Positions 1 to 10,421 of a DNA stretch of 64,000 bases are shown here, in pieces; position 1 is the first letter of the stretch; every line of letters starts with the position of its first letter. The position numbers and the translations under genes were made by a program. Origin of the DNA: Candidatus Saccharimonadales bacterium (GTDB lineage Bacteria > Patescibacteriota > Saccharimonadia > Saccharimonadales > EFPC-124); the NCBI GenBank assembly GCA_035457485.1, contig DATIBO010000006.1, positions 562,659 to 626,658 on the forward strand. Direction: 5' to 3'. The notes beneath the pieces are model-generated. The model did not search any database and had not been told where the DNA came from. It saw only the letters and a program-made list of their open reading frames with translations.

Positions 1-579
1 ATCATCTTGAGTTCTACTTCTCAGACTCCTGTTCGCTACGAGATCCCAGGCTTCAAGCAGCTAACAGTTAAGTCTAACGATCATGTTGATGCAGGTGACC
101 GCTTAACAAGTGGTTCGATTAACCTACATGACTTGATGAAGCTTAAAGGTGTCGAAGCAACTCAACGTTATATTATTAACGAAGTTTTGCGCATCTATGC
201 TGCTCAGGGACAAAACATTGCCGACAAACACCTTGAGGTGATTGTTCGCCAAATGTTTAGCCGCGTGCAGATTGAAGATCCAGGCGACAGCCTGTTCGTA
301 ACTGGCGACATTGCTTCTAAGGCTGCTGTGGTTGAAACCAACAAACAGCTTGTGGCCGAAGGCAAGGAGCCAACGCAGTTCACTCAGTTACTGCTTGGAA
401 TCACAAAGGTTTCGATCTGGAGTGACAGCTTCTTATCGGCAGCTTCATTCCAAGATACGACTCGCGTACTAATTAGCGCGGCAACCAGCGGACGTGTAGA
501 CAACCTATACGGTCTAAAGGAAAACGTGATCATTGGTCGCAAGATTCCTGTGGGAACTGGTGCAAAAGAAGGCGCGTAG
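1..579 (+). CDS. rpoC: DNA-directed RNA polymerase subunit beta', C-terminal end (5' part lies off-window)
   Basis: Frame is open from nt 1. Typical beta' C-terminus (...LKENVIIGRKIPVGTG). Lies upstream of rpsL as in many bacteria. Confidence 0.85.
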   Translation: MILSSTSQTPVRYEIPGFKQLTVKSNDHVDAGDRLTSGSINLHDLMKLKGVEATQRYIINEVLRIYAAQGQNIADKHLEVIVRQMFSRVQIEDPGDSLFVTGDIASKAAVVETNKQLVAEGKEPTQFTQLLLGITKVSIWSDSFLSAASFQDTTRVLISAATSGRVDNLYGLKENVIIGRKIPVGTGAKEGA

Positions 580-654
580 CCTTAAAACTTGGCGGTGGGG
601 TATTTACACTCGCCGCCAAGCGAACTTATACTAAAAGGCAGGGCAAGGGGGTTA

Positions 655-2340
655 ATGAAGGGTTTACTAAAAGGCGAGAAAATTGTTTTGCTTGCCGGCA
701 TTTTTACAGTAGTAGTTGCGATATTTTTTGCTTGGGTCGCGAATATTTCACGTTCTAGTGAAATCTTTTACTCGCAGACTGGGTGTACTGTTTCGACGCA
801 GCTCGTTAATTCTTGCCGGGCTTGGCTTGGCGCAACGGCAGGCGGTTATGCGCAAGTAGGATCCGACCTCAACACTCAGCTTAACTTTTTTAACAAGCGA
901 CTGAATGACGCATCTGTTTTAACTGACGCATCTAAAAGCGTAGCCATCGACAAAAAAATGGACATTGCACATGTTTATCATCCACAAGGGACGAACTTAT
1001 TTAGCGGGTCGGCGAGCGCAGTCTTAAATAACAATAGCTTCCCATACGTTTTTGTAAACTGGAAACCCCTACCAGCTGGCTATAAATGGAAAGACGCTAA
1101 CGGCAGTAATTCAACAGTAAACAATTACATTGCTCAAGGCGCCCAAGCTGTAAAGGGCCTGGGTAGTCGCAAGATCTTTTTAACCATTTGGCACGAACCA
1201 GAGAATGATGTTTCGAGCGGAAACTGCACCTCTAATGCGGGTGGTGCGAGCATGGGAAGTCCGAGTGAATATGTCGATATGTGGCGCAATGTGCGCAGTA
1301 TTTTTGATGCGCAAGGCGTTGGCAATGTGGTCTGGGTAATGAATTATATGGGCTTTTCAAACTGGGATTGTTTAGTTGCGAAGCTTTATCCAGGAAATGC
1401 CTACGTGGATTGGATCGTCTATGATCAATACGGGTCTGGCACGACTGGATTTAATGCCAGTGTGGAACGTTTTTACAACTTTTTAAGCAACAATAGTAAC
1501 AACACTACAAACTACAACTCTAAAATTTGGGGATTAGCCGAGCACGGATACAATAATGTCAGTAGCCAGTCAAATGACGCGCGCGCTCGTGATTATTGGA
1601 CTGAGGGTAAAAACGCGGTTTTAGCAAACAAGTTTCCTAAAATTAAAATGTGGGTGGTTTTCGACACAAGCACTAACGGATCTTCGCGTGTGGGCTATAA
1701 TTTTTCGGGTGGTGTAGATGTTGCAGAACAAACTGAATTTAACGGTTTTGCGACCGCGGTTCTGGGTGTCTCAGCACCAACGGCACCGCCGCCTCCACCA
1801 CCATCAGTTCCAACTCCGCCTCCTCCTACCGAGCCAACTCCAACTAATCCTACCCCAACAAATCCTACACCAACCGTACCAAGTCCATCACCAAACTCAC
1901 CGTCACCTGCTGCTCAAGAGCCGGTTACGAGTTCGGGTGCGATTAACGTAGCAGTTATCGAGCAGGTTCAACAGGGTGAACAAGTCGTTGTTGATGCGGC
2001 AGCCCTTGCCGCCCAAGAGATTGTGGTACGCACGGAATACTACGTGAATGGTCGATTAACTCAGGTGCTAACTGAGCCGCCATTCGCCTTCGACACAGGG
2101 TTATTGTTGCCGGGTGATCACACAATCACACAACATACCTATTTTAGTGACGGCAGCGGGATGGTGCGTAGCGAAAGTGTTACGATTGAACACGCAAAAC
2201 CAAACTCAAGTGCATCGGCCCAACCAAAAACACAATGGCAGATTGCGTTAGCATACACTTTACCTACACTGGGGGTGGTAGGGGCAATTACGGTTTTGTT
2301 CGTACTATTTAGAAGAGGTATCCTGCACTGGCCACTTTAG
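655..2340 (+). CDS. Cell-surface clan GH-A-like (GH5/GH26-like) glycoside hydrolase with Pro/Thr-rich linker and C-terminal sorting-signal-like anchor
   Basis: ATG at 655 follows AAGGGGG; the track start at 589 is a TTG without an RBS. N-terminal TM/signal anchor. 'IWHEPEND' and 'LAEHG' resemble the acid/base and nucleophile strands of TIM-barrel hydrolases. C-terminus is LPTLG, a hydrophobic stretch, then RRG. Confidence 0.55.
   Translation: MKGLLKGEKIVLLAGIFTVVVAIFFAWVANISRSSEIFYSQTGCTVSTQLVNSCRAWLGATAGGYAQVGSDLNTQLNFFNKRLNDASVLTDASKSVAIDKKMDIAHVYHPQGTNLFSGSASAVLNNNSFPYVFVNWKPLPAGYKWKDANGSNSTVNNYIAQGAQAVKGLGSRKIFLTIWHEPENDVSSGNCTSNAGGASMGSPSEYVDMWRNVRSIFDAQGVGNVVWVMNYMGFSNWDCLVAKLYPGNAYVDWIVYDQYGSGTTGFNASVERFYNFLSNNSNNTTNYNSKIWGLAEHGYNNVSSQSNDARARDYWTEGKNAVLANKFPKIKMWVVFDTSTNGSSRVGYNFSGGVDVAEQTEFNGFATAVLGVSAPTAPPPPPPSVPTPPPPTEPTPTNPTPTNPTPTVPSPSPNSPSPAAQEPVTSSGAINVAVIEQVQQGEQVVVDAAALAAQEIVVRTEYYVNGRLTQVLTEPPFAFDTGLLLPGDHTITQHTYFSDGSGMVRSESVTIEHAKPNSSASAQPKTQWQIALAYTLPTLGVVGAITVLFVLFRRGILHWPL
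1774..1923 (+). repeat. Coding low-complexity Pro/Thr/Ser linker (PPPPPP, PTPTN x2, SPSP)
   Basis: Direct reading of the translated sequence APTAPPPPPPSVPTPPPPTEPTPTNPTPTNPTPTVPSPSPNSPSP. Confidence 0.8.
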
Positions 2341-2341
2341 G

Positions 2342-2370
2342 TTGATTTTTAAAGCCACAACTGTTATAGT
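2342..2370 (+). promoter_or_regulatory. Sigma70-type promoter of the rpsL operon (TTGATT-17-TATAGT, TGn-extended)
   Basis: Hexamers and 17-nt spacing read directly, about 130 nt upstream of the rpsL GTG. Confidence 0.5.
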
Positions 2371-2500
2371 AGCTAATGAGTTTCACTTCGGATAAGTTTT
2401 ATGGGACAGGTGTGTAACATTTAACTGCCGTTAAAGTAGAAGATGACCTTGCACTTACCATGCAGGCTAATCTTAAACCAATTTTAAGAGGAGCACTCTA

Positions 2501-2914
2501 GTGCCAACAATTAACCAATTAGTTCGCAAGCCGCGCAAAACGGCTGCTAAAAAAAGCAAGTCTGTGGCCCTTGGTCGCATTCACAACGCTCTTCAGGGCA
2601 AATATTACGAAGCAAACGCTCCGCTAAAGCGCGGTGTTTGTATTAAAGTTACTACTCGTACTCCACGTAAGCCGAACTCTGCGCTTCGTAAAGTTGCACG
2701 TGTTCGCTTGAACAACGGCTACGAAGTTTGGGCTTACATCGGTGGCGAAGGTCATAACCTACAGGAACACGCAGTTGTGTTGATCCGTGGTGGTCGTGTG
2801 CCTGATCTTCCGGGTGTACGCTATCACATTGTTCGCGGTACCCTTGACTTACAAGGTGTGAAAGACCGCAAAAAAGCCCGTAGCAAATACGGCACCAAGA
2901 AGGAGAGCAAATAA
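2501..2914 (+). CDS. rpsL: 30S ribosomal protein S12
   Basis: [11 protein letters not shown]... is the canonical S12 N-terminus. GTG start with GAGGAG RBS. Confidence 0.97.
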   Translation: MPTINQLVRKPRKTAAKKSKSVALGRIHNALQGKYYEANAPLKRGVCIKVTTRTPRKPNSALRKVARVRLNNGYEVWAYIGGEGHNLQEHAVVLIRGGRVPDLPGVRYHIVRGTLDLQGVKDRKKARSKYGTKKESK

Positions 2915-3393
2915 TGCCTCGCAAAAAGACTAAATCCCTACAACGTAAACTTTCACCAGATCGTAAATACAACAGCGTTTTGGTTCAACGTTTAATCAAC
3001 AAGACCATGCTAAGCGGTAAAAAACAGCTTGCTGAACGCTCTGTTTACGAAGCTATGGCTTTAGCTGCAAAAAAACTCAAGAGTGATGATCCGCTTGTAG
3101 TTTTTGAGCGCGCTATTAAGAACGTTTACCCAAATGTAGAAGTTAAAAGCCGTCGTGTTGGTGGTGCTAACTTCCAGATTCCATTCCCTGTTCAAGGTAA
3201 TCGTCAGCAACACTTGGCGTTTATGTGGTTCGTGCAAGCTGCACGTTCTCGTAAAGGTATGCCGATCGCTCAGCGATTGAGTGCCGAGATTGTTGATGCG
3301 CATAACCAAATGGGTGGCGCTTACAAAAAGCGTGAAGACACCCATAAAATGGCAGAAGCAAACCGCGCTTTTGCTCACTTTGCTCGCGGTTAA
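2914..3393 (+). CDS. rpsG: 30S ribosomal protein S7
   Basis: Canonical S7 sequence, with start overlapping the rpsL stop. Confidence 0.97.
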   Translation: MPRKKTKSLQRKLSPDRKYNSVLVQRLINKTMLSGKKQLAERSVYEAMALAAKKLKSDDPLVVFERAIKNVYPNVEVKSRRVGGANFQIPFPVQGNRQQHLAFMWFVQAARSRKGMPIAQRLSAEIVDAHNQMGGAYKKREDTHKMAEANRAFAHFARG

Positions 3394-3410
3394 TAAACCA
3401 ACGGTTAATA

Positions 3411-3442
3411 AAAATAGCTCCCGTAAAAAGGAGCTATTTTTA
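3411..3442 (+). terminator. Rho-independent terminator after rpsG
   Basis: ATAGCTCC / GGAGCTAT stem followed by a T-run. Confidence 0.7.
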
Positions 3443-3965
3443 TTTATAAGTTTGGGGTGATGGCCCTCGTCCGTATTGCACGAGGGCCATCGCCGATAGA
3501 AGTTTCAGATGGCCGGCTTCTTAGCTCTGCTGTTCATGTAGGCCAGGTATGGATCTGTGGCAGCGACCGCGACAACGTGCTTGAAGCTTGGCGCTCGCTT
3601 GCGGTCAGGCGTACGCAAGAGCTTTACCAGAATGCCAGTTCGACCGCCGATGTAGTAGTCGATCCCGTCGACCTGATACACAGCGTCGGGGCCGTGCGTC
3701 CAGTCGACTCGAAAAACGCACGCCAATCGGGCAGACGTTTCAGGCGCCTTGGGGTCGTAGATGACGATTGTTCGCTTGCGCACCATCTCTCTGAAGTCGG
3801 TGTAAACCGAGGCTTCCAACAGCGCCCCCAGCGGGATGGTGCCGATGTCACCCGTTCGCAAGTAACTCTCGAGTGCCTCCTTTGGGAGCTTCTCTGGGTC
3901 CATGCCATACAGCTTGGGTGTTGCGGTCTTTCCGGTCATCGTCTCGCACCTTTCTATCAGACGAC
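3443..3965. other. GC-rich segment A (putative foreign DNA) between rpsG and fusA
   Basis: Abrupt GC rise relative to the flanks. ORFs open in several frames on both strands, as expected for high-GC DNA. Confidence 0.6.
3505..3939 (-). CDS. Hypothetical protein (144 aa), GC-rich, no family recognised
   Basis: Balanced protein-like composition, unlike the Arg/Ser/Cys/Trp-rich antisense ORF 3457..3978. On the minus strand an AT-rich TATAAT and a GAAAGG RBS precede the ATG. A 12-bp perfect hairpin (3459-3491) lies downstream. Confidence 0.6.
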   Translation of the reverse strand: MTGKTATPKLYGMDPEKLPKEALESYLRTGDIGTIPLGALLEASVYTDFREMVRKRTIVIYDPKAPETSARLACVFRVDWTHGPDAVYQVDGIDYYIGGRTGILVKLLRTPDRKRAPSFKHVVAVAATDPYLAYMNSRAKKPAI

Positions 3966-4029
3966 CGAGGTATTATAAAATATACTAAGTCTTTGAGCAA
4001 ATCCACGCTTAGTATCAGCGCTAACCTAA

Positions 4030-4059
4030 TTGAATTTCTATCTGTTTATATGATATAAT
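4030..4059 (+). promoter_or_regulatory. Promoter of fusA (TTGAAT-18-TATAAT)
   Basis: Hexamers read directly upstream of fusA. Confidence 0.5.
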
Positions 4060-4115
4060 GGGCCAAATTGCTCTTTTGGCATGCCTTTAGAGTTTTTAAT
4101 AAATAACGAGGACAT

Positions 4116-6191
4116 ATGGCCACAGATTTAAAGAAATTCCGAAACATTGGTATTATCGCGCACATCGATGCGGGTAAAACTACAACTACCGAAGGTATTT
4201 TGTACCGAACCGGTTTGAGTCACAAAATTGGTGCAGTTCACGAAGGTGAAACTACAACCGACTGGATGGAACAAGAACGTGAACGTGGTATCACAATTAC
4301 TTCTGCTGCCGTGACTTGTTTCTGGAAAGACCACAAAATCAACATCATCGACACTCCTGGACACATCGACTTTACTGCAGAAGTTGAGCGTTCCTTGCGC
4401 GTGCTCGACGGTGCTGTAGTTGTATTCGACGGTAAAATGGGCGTAGAAGCTCAAACCGAAACTGTATGGCGCCAGGCCAACAAATACGGTGTGCCTCGTA
4501 TTTGCTTTATTAACAAAATAAACCAAACTGGCGGTGATTTTTACAAATCTCTTGAGAGTATTCATGCTCGCCTAAGCAAACGCGCATTGCCAATTCACTT
4601 GCCAATCGGTTTTGAACAGAGTATTAACGGCGTTGTTGATCTTGTAAGCATGAAGGCATACACCTACAAAGAATTTGCCGACAAAGAGTTGATTGAGGGC
4701 GAGATTCCTGCTGACATGCTTGAAAAAGCTAAAAATGCTCGCACATTGCTCGTAGAAGCTGCCGTTGAAGCAGATGACACACTGTTTGAAAAGTATCTTG
4801 AGGGCGGCGAAGAATCAATTAGTGAAGCCGAACTAAAAGCTGCTATTCGTGCATCTGTTTTGACAGGTGAATTCTACATAGTAACTGGTGGAGACGGTCG
4901 TGGTGTGATCGTAGAAAAAGTTCTTGACCTTGTTAACGACTATTTGCCAAGCCCGCTAGACATTAGCGCTATTTGGGGTACTCACCCTAAAACTGGTGAC
5001 AAAATTGAACGCAAGCCAAGCGCAACCGAACCTATGTCGGCACTTGCTTTTAAAGTTGCAACAGACCCATTCGTTGGTAAATTGATTTTCGTACGTGTTT
5101 ACAGTGGTAAAATTAGCGCCGGTAGCTACATTTTTAACGCGACGACAGGTGAAAAAGAGCGCGTAGGTCGCTTGGTTCGCATGCATGCCGACAAACGAGA
5201 AGACATTACCGAAATCGAAGCTGGTGATATCGCAGCTGTTGTGGGTCTAAAAGATACCACAACCGGTACGACTTTGTGTGATCCAGCCAACCCAATCATT
5301 CTTGAAAGTATTGATTTCCCAGAACCTCCAGTAAGTATTGCGATTGAGCCAAAGACTAAAGCCGACCAAGAGAAAATGGCCCTAGCCCTTCAGCGATTAG
5401 CCGAAGAAGACCCAACTTTCCGTGTTCACACGGATCAAGAAACTGGTCAGACCATTATTAGCGGTATGGGCGAGCTTCACCTTGAGATCATTGTCGATCG
5501 AATGAAGCGTGAGTTTAAGGTTGAAGCAAATATCGGCCAGCCTCAGGTTGCTTACCGTGAAACAATCAAAAAACTTACCGAAATCGAAGGCAAGTACATC
5601 AAGCAATCTGGTGGTCGTGGTCAGTATGGTCACGTATGGCTTAAACTTGAACCAAATGAAGTTGGTAAGGGCTTTGAGTTCATCGATGAGATTAAAGGTG
5701 GTGTGGTTCCTCAGGAATACCGCAACCCTGTTAAAAACGGTATCGAAGAAACTCTTAACGGTGGTGTGATTGCTGGATATCCAGTAGTTGACGTTAAAGC
5801 GACTCTATATGACGGTAGTTATCACGAAGTTGACTCAAGTGAAATGGCCTTTAAAATGGCCGGTGCACTTGCGGCTCGTGAAGGTGTACGCAAAGCCGCT
5901 CCAGTATTACTCGAACCTGTGATGAAGGTTGTAGTTGTTACCCCAGAAGACTTCATGGGTGACGTAATTGGTGGTCTAAACTCTAAACGCGGCCGTATTG
6001 AGTCTATGGTGGACCTTGCTGGTGGCGCTAAAGAGATTACCGCAATTGTTCCTTTGGGCGAAATGTTTGGTTACACAACCGAACTTCGCAGCTCGACTCA
6101 AGGTCGCGCAAGCTCAAGCATGGAGCTAGCTCAGTACGAAGAAGTTCCAAACAACGTCGCTGAAGCAATTATTGCTAAGCGCGCTAAGTAA
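4116..6191 (+). CDS. fusA: Elongation factor G
   Basis: [10 protein letters not shown]1 motif, DTPGH motif, full-length EF-G architecture. Confidence 0.97.
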   Translation: MATDLKKFRNIGIIAHIDAGKTTTTEGILYRTGLSHKIGAVHEGETTTDWMEQERERGITITSAAVTCFWKDHKINIIDTPGHIDFTAEVERSLRVLDGAVVVFDGKMGVEAQTETVWRQANKYGVPRICFINKINQTGGDFYKSLESIHARLSKRALPIHLPIGFEQSINGVVDLVSMKAYTYKEFADKELIEGEIPADMLEKAKNARTLLVEAAVEADDTLFEKYLEGGEESISEAELKAAIRASVLTGEFYIVTGGDGRGVIVEKVLDLVNDYLPSPLDISAIWGTHPKTGDKIERKPSATEPMSALAFKVATDPFVGKLIFVRVYSGKISAGSYIFNATTGEKERVGRLVRMHADKREDITEIEAGDIAAVVGLKDTTTGTTLCDPANPIILESIDFPEPPVSIAIEPKTKADQEKMALALQRLAEEDPTFRVHTDQETGQTIISGMGELHLEIIVDRMKREFKVEANIGQPQVAYRETIKKLTEIEGKYIKQSGGRGQYGHVWLKLEPNEVGKGFEFIDEIKGGVVPQEYRNPVKNGIEETLNGGVIAGYPVVDVKATLYDGSYHEVDSSEMAFKMAGALAAREGVRKAAPVLLEPVMKVVVVTPEDFMGDVIGGLNSKRGRIESMVDLAGGAKEITAIVPLGEMFGYTTELRSSTQGRASSSMELAQYEEVPNNVAEAIIAKRAK

Positions 6192-6242
6192 TTAAAGACA
6201 AGCAAGAGTAGGTTAAGACCGGGCTCTTGCTATGCTTTAAAT

Positions 6243-7316
6243 ATGGAAAAAAGTTTAGTTTGGAATTTCAGATCGTCCAGCCATGCCGATTTTGAGCAAA
6301 TTAATAAGGGCGGCCAACACTTAATTTTTGAAGACCCGTACTTTAAGCAGTTAGCTGAAGAATGCGGTATGCCTGATATCCGTCAGGTTCTTAGATTTAA
6401 TTTTCAAGAATACATTCAACGACAGCGTACACTGCCAAGTGAGCGACATTTTGAGGCTGTGTCAGATCTAGCTACGATTCAAAATTATAGGTTTTCTCGC
6501 TTGCGCGAAACATTTGGTAATGATATTCCGGATCAATCCACGGTTGTTAAGCAAGTTTATTTCCGAAAAGAACATCTTGATCAAATCTGGAGCCACTACA
6601 ACGGAATCCCGGAAGGGATGTATCAAACCGCAATGGACCATGTGGGGTGGGCACTAGTAACTTTTCAGGATCAGTTGCGCGATTTGCGCCCTGATGACTT
6701 GGCGTTTCGGATACCTTATGCCGAACGAAACGGTTCGGATAAGGAGTTCTATAGCGAGGTGAACCATCGTTGGTTGATTAACCCGTTTGCCACGCCGACC
6801 GAAGAAGAAATTAGACAGTTTCATTCAGTTCAGCCTAGCGATGAGCTTGTGGAGCTTTTGATCGACTGTGAATCTAACGAACTTCGCAGGAACAAAGCTA
6901 TCGAAGTGATCGACAAGACCATTGGACACGCACTTTTAACTGGTGAACCCATCGACATTAGCGGCAAGGGTAATATTTTTATAAGCAAAGAGGGTGATTT
7001 GTGGGCGCCCGATATTCTATTTCCGATTCCTGAGCCAATTCTAGATTTTATTCCGGAAATTGTACTGAGAATTCAAAACAACTTTGGTCCAATCGCGAAA
7101 GAACTAAACTTTTTACTTAACGGGTTGGGTTTTGTGAGATCTATAAATTATCTTGCAGCACTGTTTAATCGGCCCGAGCGCATTATGCTTTTTGAGAACA
7201 TGGATATTAATCCGCAAACCTGGGATAAAGTTTACGATTTTTTAACAAACTTGAGTACGTATAAACAACTGCATGCTGATACAATGAGCTATCACAAAAC
7301 TAATAGTGACTCTTAA
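6243..7316 (+). CDS. Hypothetical protein (357 aa)
   Basis: Long ORF at background GC. No recognisable motif. Confidence 0.6.
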   Translation: MEKSLVWNFRSSSHADFEQINKGGQHLIFEDPYFKQLAEECGMPDIRQVLRFNFQEYIQRQRTLPSERHFEAVSDLATIQNYRFSRLRETFGNDIPDQSTVVKQVYFRKEHLDQIWSHYNGIPEGMYQTAMDHVGWALVTFQDQLRDLRPDDLAFRIPYAERNGSDKEFYSEVNHRWLINPFATPTEEEIRQFHSVQPSDELVELLIDCESNELRRNKAIEVIDKTIGHALLTGEPIDISGKGNIFISKEGDLWAPDILFPIPEPILDFIPEIVLRIQNNFGPIAKELNFLLNGLGFVRSINYLAALFNRPERIMLFENMDINPQTWDKVYDFLTNLSTYKQLHADTMSYHKTNSDS

Positions 7317-7351
7317 TGCACCCTGTATAATTGTCAAAAATAAGGTTTTTT

Positions 7352-7963
7352 ATGAGTGAAGTACCGAGCTCTAACGAGCGACACAAGATGGAAGTTAGTA
7401 AAGCTCACGAAGCGCTGAATTCGTTGGCAGAGTTAGAATCGCATGAAGGGATGGAAATCGCTGTTCGACTAGCGTCGGTGATTGAGTCCTCGTTTGATTT
7501 GAGCTCACAAGATAAAGTCGCCTCAGCTAGTAAAACAATCGAGCGTTTAGTTCTAGATTATTCGGTAGACGATACGGAGTCGGCTGCGGACAAGTTTTTG
7601 GTGAAGCTGGGGCTGGTTGCAGATGCCGCTTCGGTTGTTTTAGCCGGTAACCAGTCTAAGTTCAACAGAGACCAGCTGGCCGATCTAATGTTTCGTGTGG
7701 TCAAAATTTTCCCTAACAGTCGGGAGTATCGTGATTTTCTAGGTAAGGCCTTGGCGCCTTTTATAATGTTTAGGTGTGAGTATGCGGGAGTGTATGCACA
7801 GGGTAATGATATCGATCAGATGGCTTTGGCCGAGGGCTTACTAGAAGAAGGCGAGTGGTTTTTGAGCCGAATGCGAGAATATGAACTCGGGCCTGCTTCG
7901 CTGCACAACATTCTTAAGAACACGGCCAAAAGCTCGCGCCGCCAAATGCGGGGTAAAAAATAG
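7352..7963 (+). CDS. Hypothetical helical protein (about 203 aa)
   Basis: ATG at 7352 is preceded by TGTATAAT (7324-7331) and TAAGG. The track start at 7331 is a TTG inside the -10 box. Confidence 0.55.
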   Translation: MSEVPSSNERHKMEVSKAHEALNSLAELESHEGMEIAVRLASVIESSFDLSSQDKVASASKTIERLVLDYSVDDTESAADKFLVKLGLVADAASVVLAGNQSKFNRDQLADLMFRVVKIFPNSREYRDFLGKALAPFIMFRCEYAGVYAQGNDIDQMALAEGLLEEGEWFLSRMREYELGPASLHNILKNTAKSSRRQMRGKK

Positions 7964-7972
7964 CTCCACCTC

Positions 7973-8001
7973 TTTACACAAGGAGCTCGTATCTGTATAA
8001 T
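7973..8001 (+). promoter_or_regulatory. Promoter of tuf (TTTACA-17-TATAAT, TGn-extended)
   Basis: Hexamers read directly. Confidence 0.55.
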
Positions 8002-8068
8002 TTGATGCATACGTCGCACGACGCTTTTGTGCACGTGCGAATAAAATAATTTAAGGAGAAATCTACAT

Positions 8069-9253
<1,185 letters not shown>

Positions 9254-9270
9254 TCTTAGTAAACTACGCA

Positions 9271-9305
9271 AAAAGAGTCGCAAGTATGCGGCTCTTTTTG
9301 TTTTG
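9271..9305 (+). terminator. Rho-independent terminator after tuf
   Basis: AAAGAGTCGC / GCGGCTCTTT stem plus T-run. Confidence 0.7.
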
Positions 9306-10290
9306 GGTGAAATAATAAGTTCGGTTAGGCGGGCCCGATCTCTGCGCAGTGGCAGTGATCGGGCCCGCGAACGGACAGGAGGTCAGCAGGTCCGGGCCTC
9401 GGCGTACGGGTAGTTCGTGACGCAGTTGCGGTTGAACGGAACCGGGGCCAGCGACTTGGGGTCGAGGACGCGGTCCGTCCAGGTGAACACGAAGTCGTAG
9501 GTCTTGCTGGTGTCGAACGAGTAGTCGTTGACGTTCGGGGCCCACACGTAGGTCTTGCCGCCGTCCTCGCTCATGTAGTTCATGAACGGGATGACGTTGT
9601 CGCCGGCATAGTAGCGGATCCCCACGACGGTGTTCATCTTGGTGATGGCGCCGTTGACGACGATCGCCGGGGTGGACCGCGGCGCGTCGATCACGACCAG
9701 CCAGCCCTCGCTCGGCATCTCGTTGTTCGAGATGGGGTTCAGGCTGTCCCGGTTGGTGATGAACATGATCTTGCCGGTGCTGAGCGCGTTGTCCACGGCC
9801 AACTGGCCCTTGACGAGTCGGAAGTGCATGGCGCCGTTCTGGCACGGGTTGAGCTTGGTCAGGTCCAGCTTGTTGACGTCGAACTTGATGCCGCTCCGGG
9901 GGTTGCCCGGGTCGCAGTTCTCGAACGCCGCCTTACCGTGGATGTAGTCCAGGTAGGCGACCAGGTTCTGGCGCTGGATCACCGAGGTCTTCGGGTTGCA
10001 GATGGTGGCCATCACCAGGGTGTAGGTGTCGGTCGGCTGGGCCGGCGCCGGGTCGTTGCACCCGTAGTAGGCGTCCACCGCCGGCGAGCTGCTGCTCGTG
10101 GGCGAGGACGTGACGCTCGGGGCGGCACTGGGCGACGTGGCCATGGCGGCCGACGGCGAGGCACTGGGCTTGGTCCACTGCTGGGCGGGCTGGCTCGACT
10201 CGCTGCATCCGGCCGCCACGAGGGCGAGCAGAGTGAGAGCGGTGAGCAGCGCCGTGCGCTTGTTGCGCATGTCTCCTCCAGATGGGAATG
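9306..10290. other. GC-rich segment B (putative foreign DNA) downstream of tuf
   Basis: 60-mer 9421-9480 has 42/60 G+C, against 26/60 for tuf 8101-8160 (hand counts). A 12-bp perfect GC hairpin sits at 9328-9367. Confidence 0.7.
9383..10270 (-). CDS. Secreted lipoprotein (295 aa), GC-rich, Ser/Pro-rich linker, Cys-containing C-terminal domain
   Basis: Signal peptide with lipobox LVAAG|C. GGAGGAG RBS. All other ORFs in this interval look like antisense or shadow ORFs. Confidence 0.75.
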   Translation of the reverse strand: MRNKRTALLTALTLLALVAAGCSESSQPAQQWTKPSASPSAAMATSPSAAPSVTSSPTSSSSPAVDAYYGCNDPAPAQPTDTYTLVMATICNPKTSVIQRQNLVAYLDYIHGKAAFENCDPGNPRSGIKFDVNKLDLTKLNPCQNGAMHFRLVKGQLAVDNALSTGKIMFITNRDSLNPISNNEMPSEGWLVVIDAPRSTPAIVVNGAITKMNTVVGIRYYAGDNVIPFMNYMSEDGGKTYVWAPNVNDYSFDTSKTYDFVFTWTDRVLDPKSLAPVPFNRNCVTNYPYAEARTC

Positions 10291-10390
10291 TCCGTCTATA
10301 CGCCTATGTTGTGGCGTAATAGCGAACACTATCATATAACAAAGTATAAGATAAGTCAATACGATAGTACTTGTGTAATGCAAAATAATA

Positions 10391-10399
10391 TGTTATAAT
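10391..10399 (+). promoter_or_regulatory. Extended -10 (TGTTATAAT) upstream of the sortase gene
   Basis: Read directly, 22 nt upstream of the ATG. Confidence 0.45.
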
Positions 10400-10421
10400 T
10401 TGCACAATAACGTAGGATTAT

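Noticed and set aside
1774-1923. Short tandem repeats (ccaactcca / aatcctac...) that might have been a CRISPR-like or VNTR array.
   Set aside because: They are in-frame Pro/Thr codon repeats of a linker inside a long ORF. There is no spacer-repeat periodicity.
3457-3978. Plus-strand 173-aa ORF and minus-strand ORF 3624..3908, both overlapping the 144-aa gene.
   Set aside because: The composition (Arg/Ser/Cys/Trp-rich) looks antisense-like, and the plus-strand ORF starts inside the hairpin and has no RBS. Hand-counted GC3 on two 60-mers did not discriminate the strands. The call therefore rests on composition, RBS and promoter, and stays at moderate confidence.
9264-10383. Multiple long ORFs on both strands: 9264..9845 (-), 9630..9947 (+), 9824..10339 (+), 9933..10208 (-), 10012..10383 (-), 10098..10319 (+).
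   Set aside because: These are shadow ORFs typical of high-GC DNA, where stop codons are rare. Their products are Arg/Gly/His/Pro-rich and lack starts with an RBS. Only 9383..10270 (-) has a lipoprotein signal, an RBS and protein-like composition.
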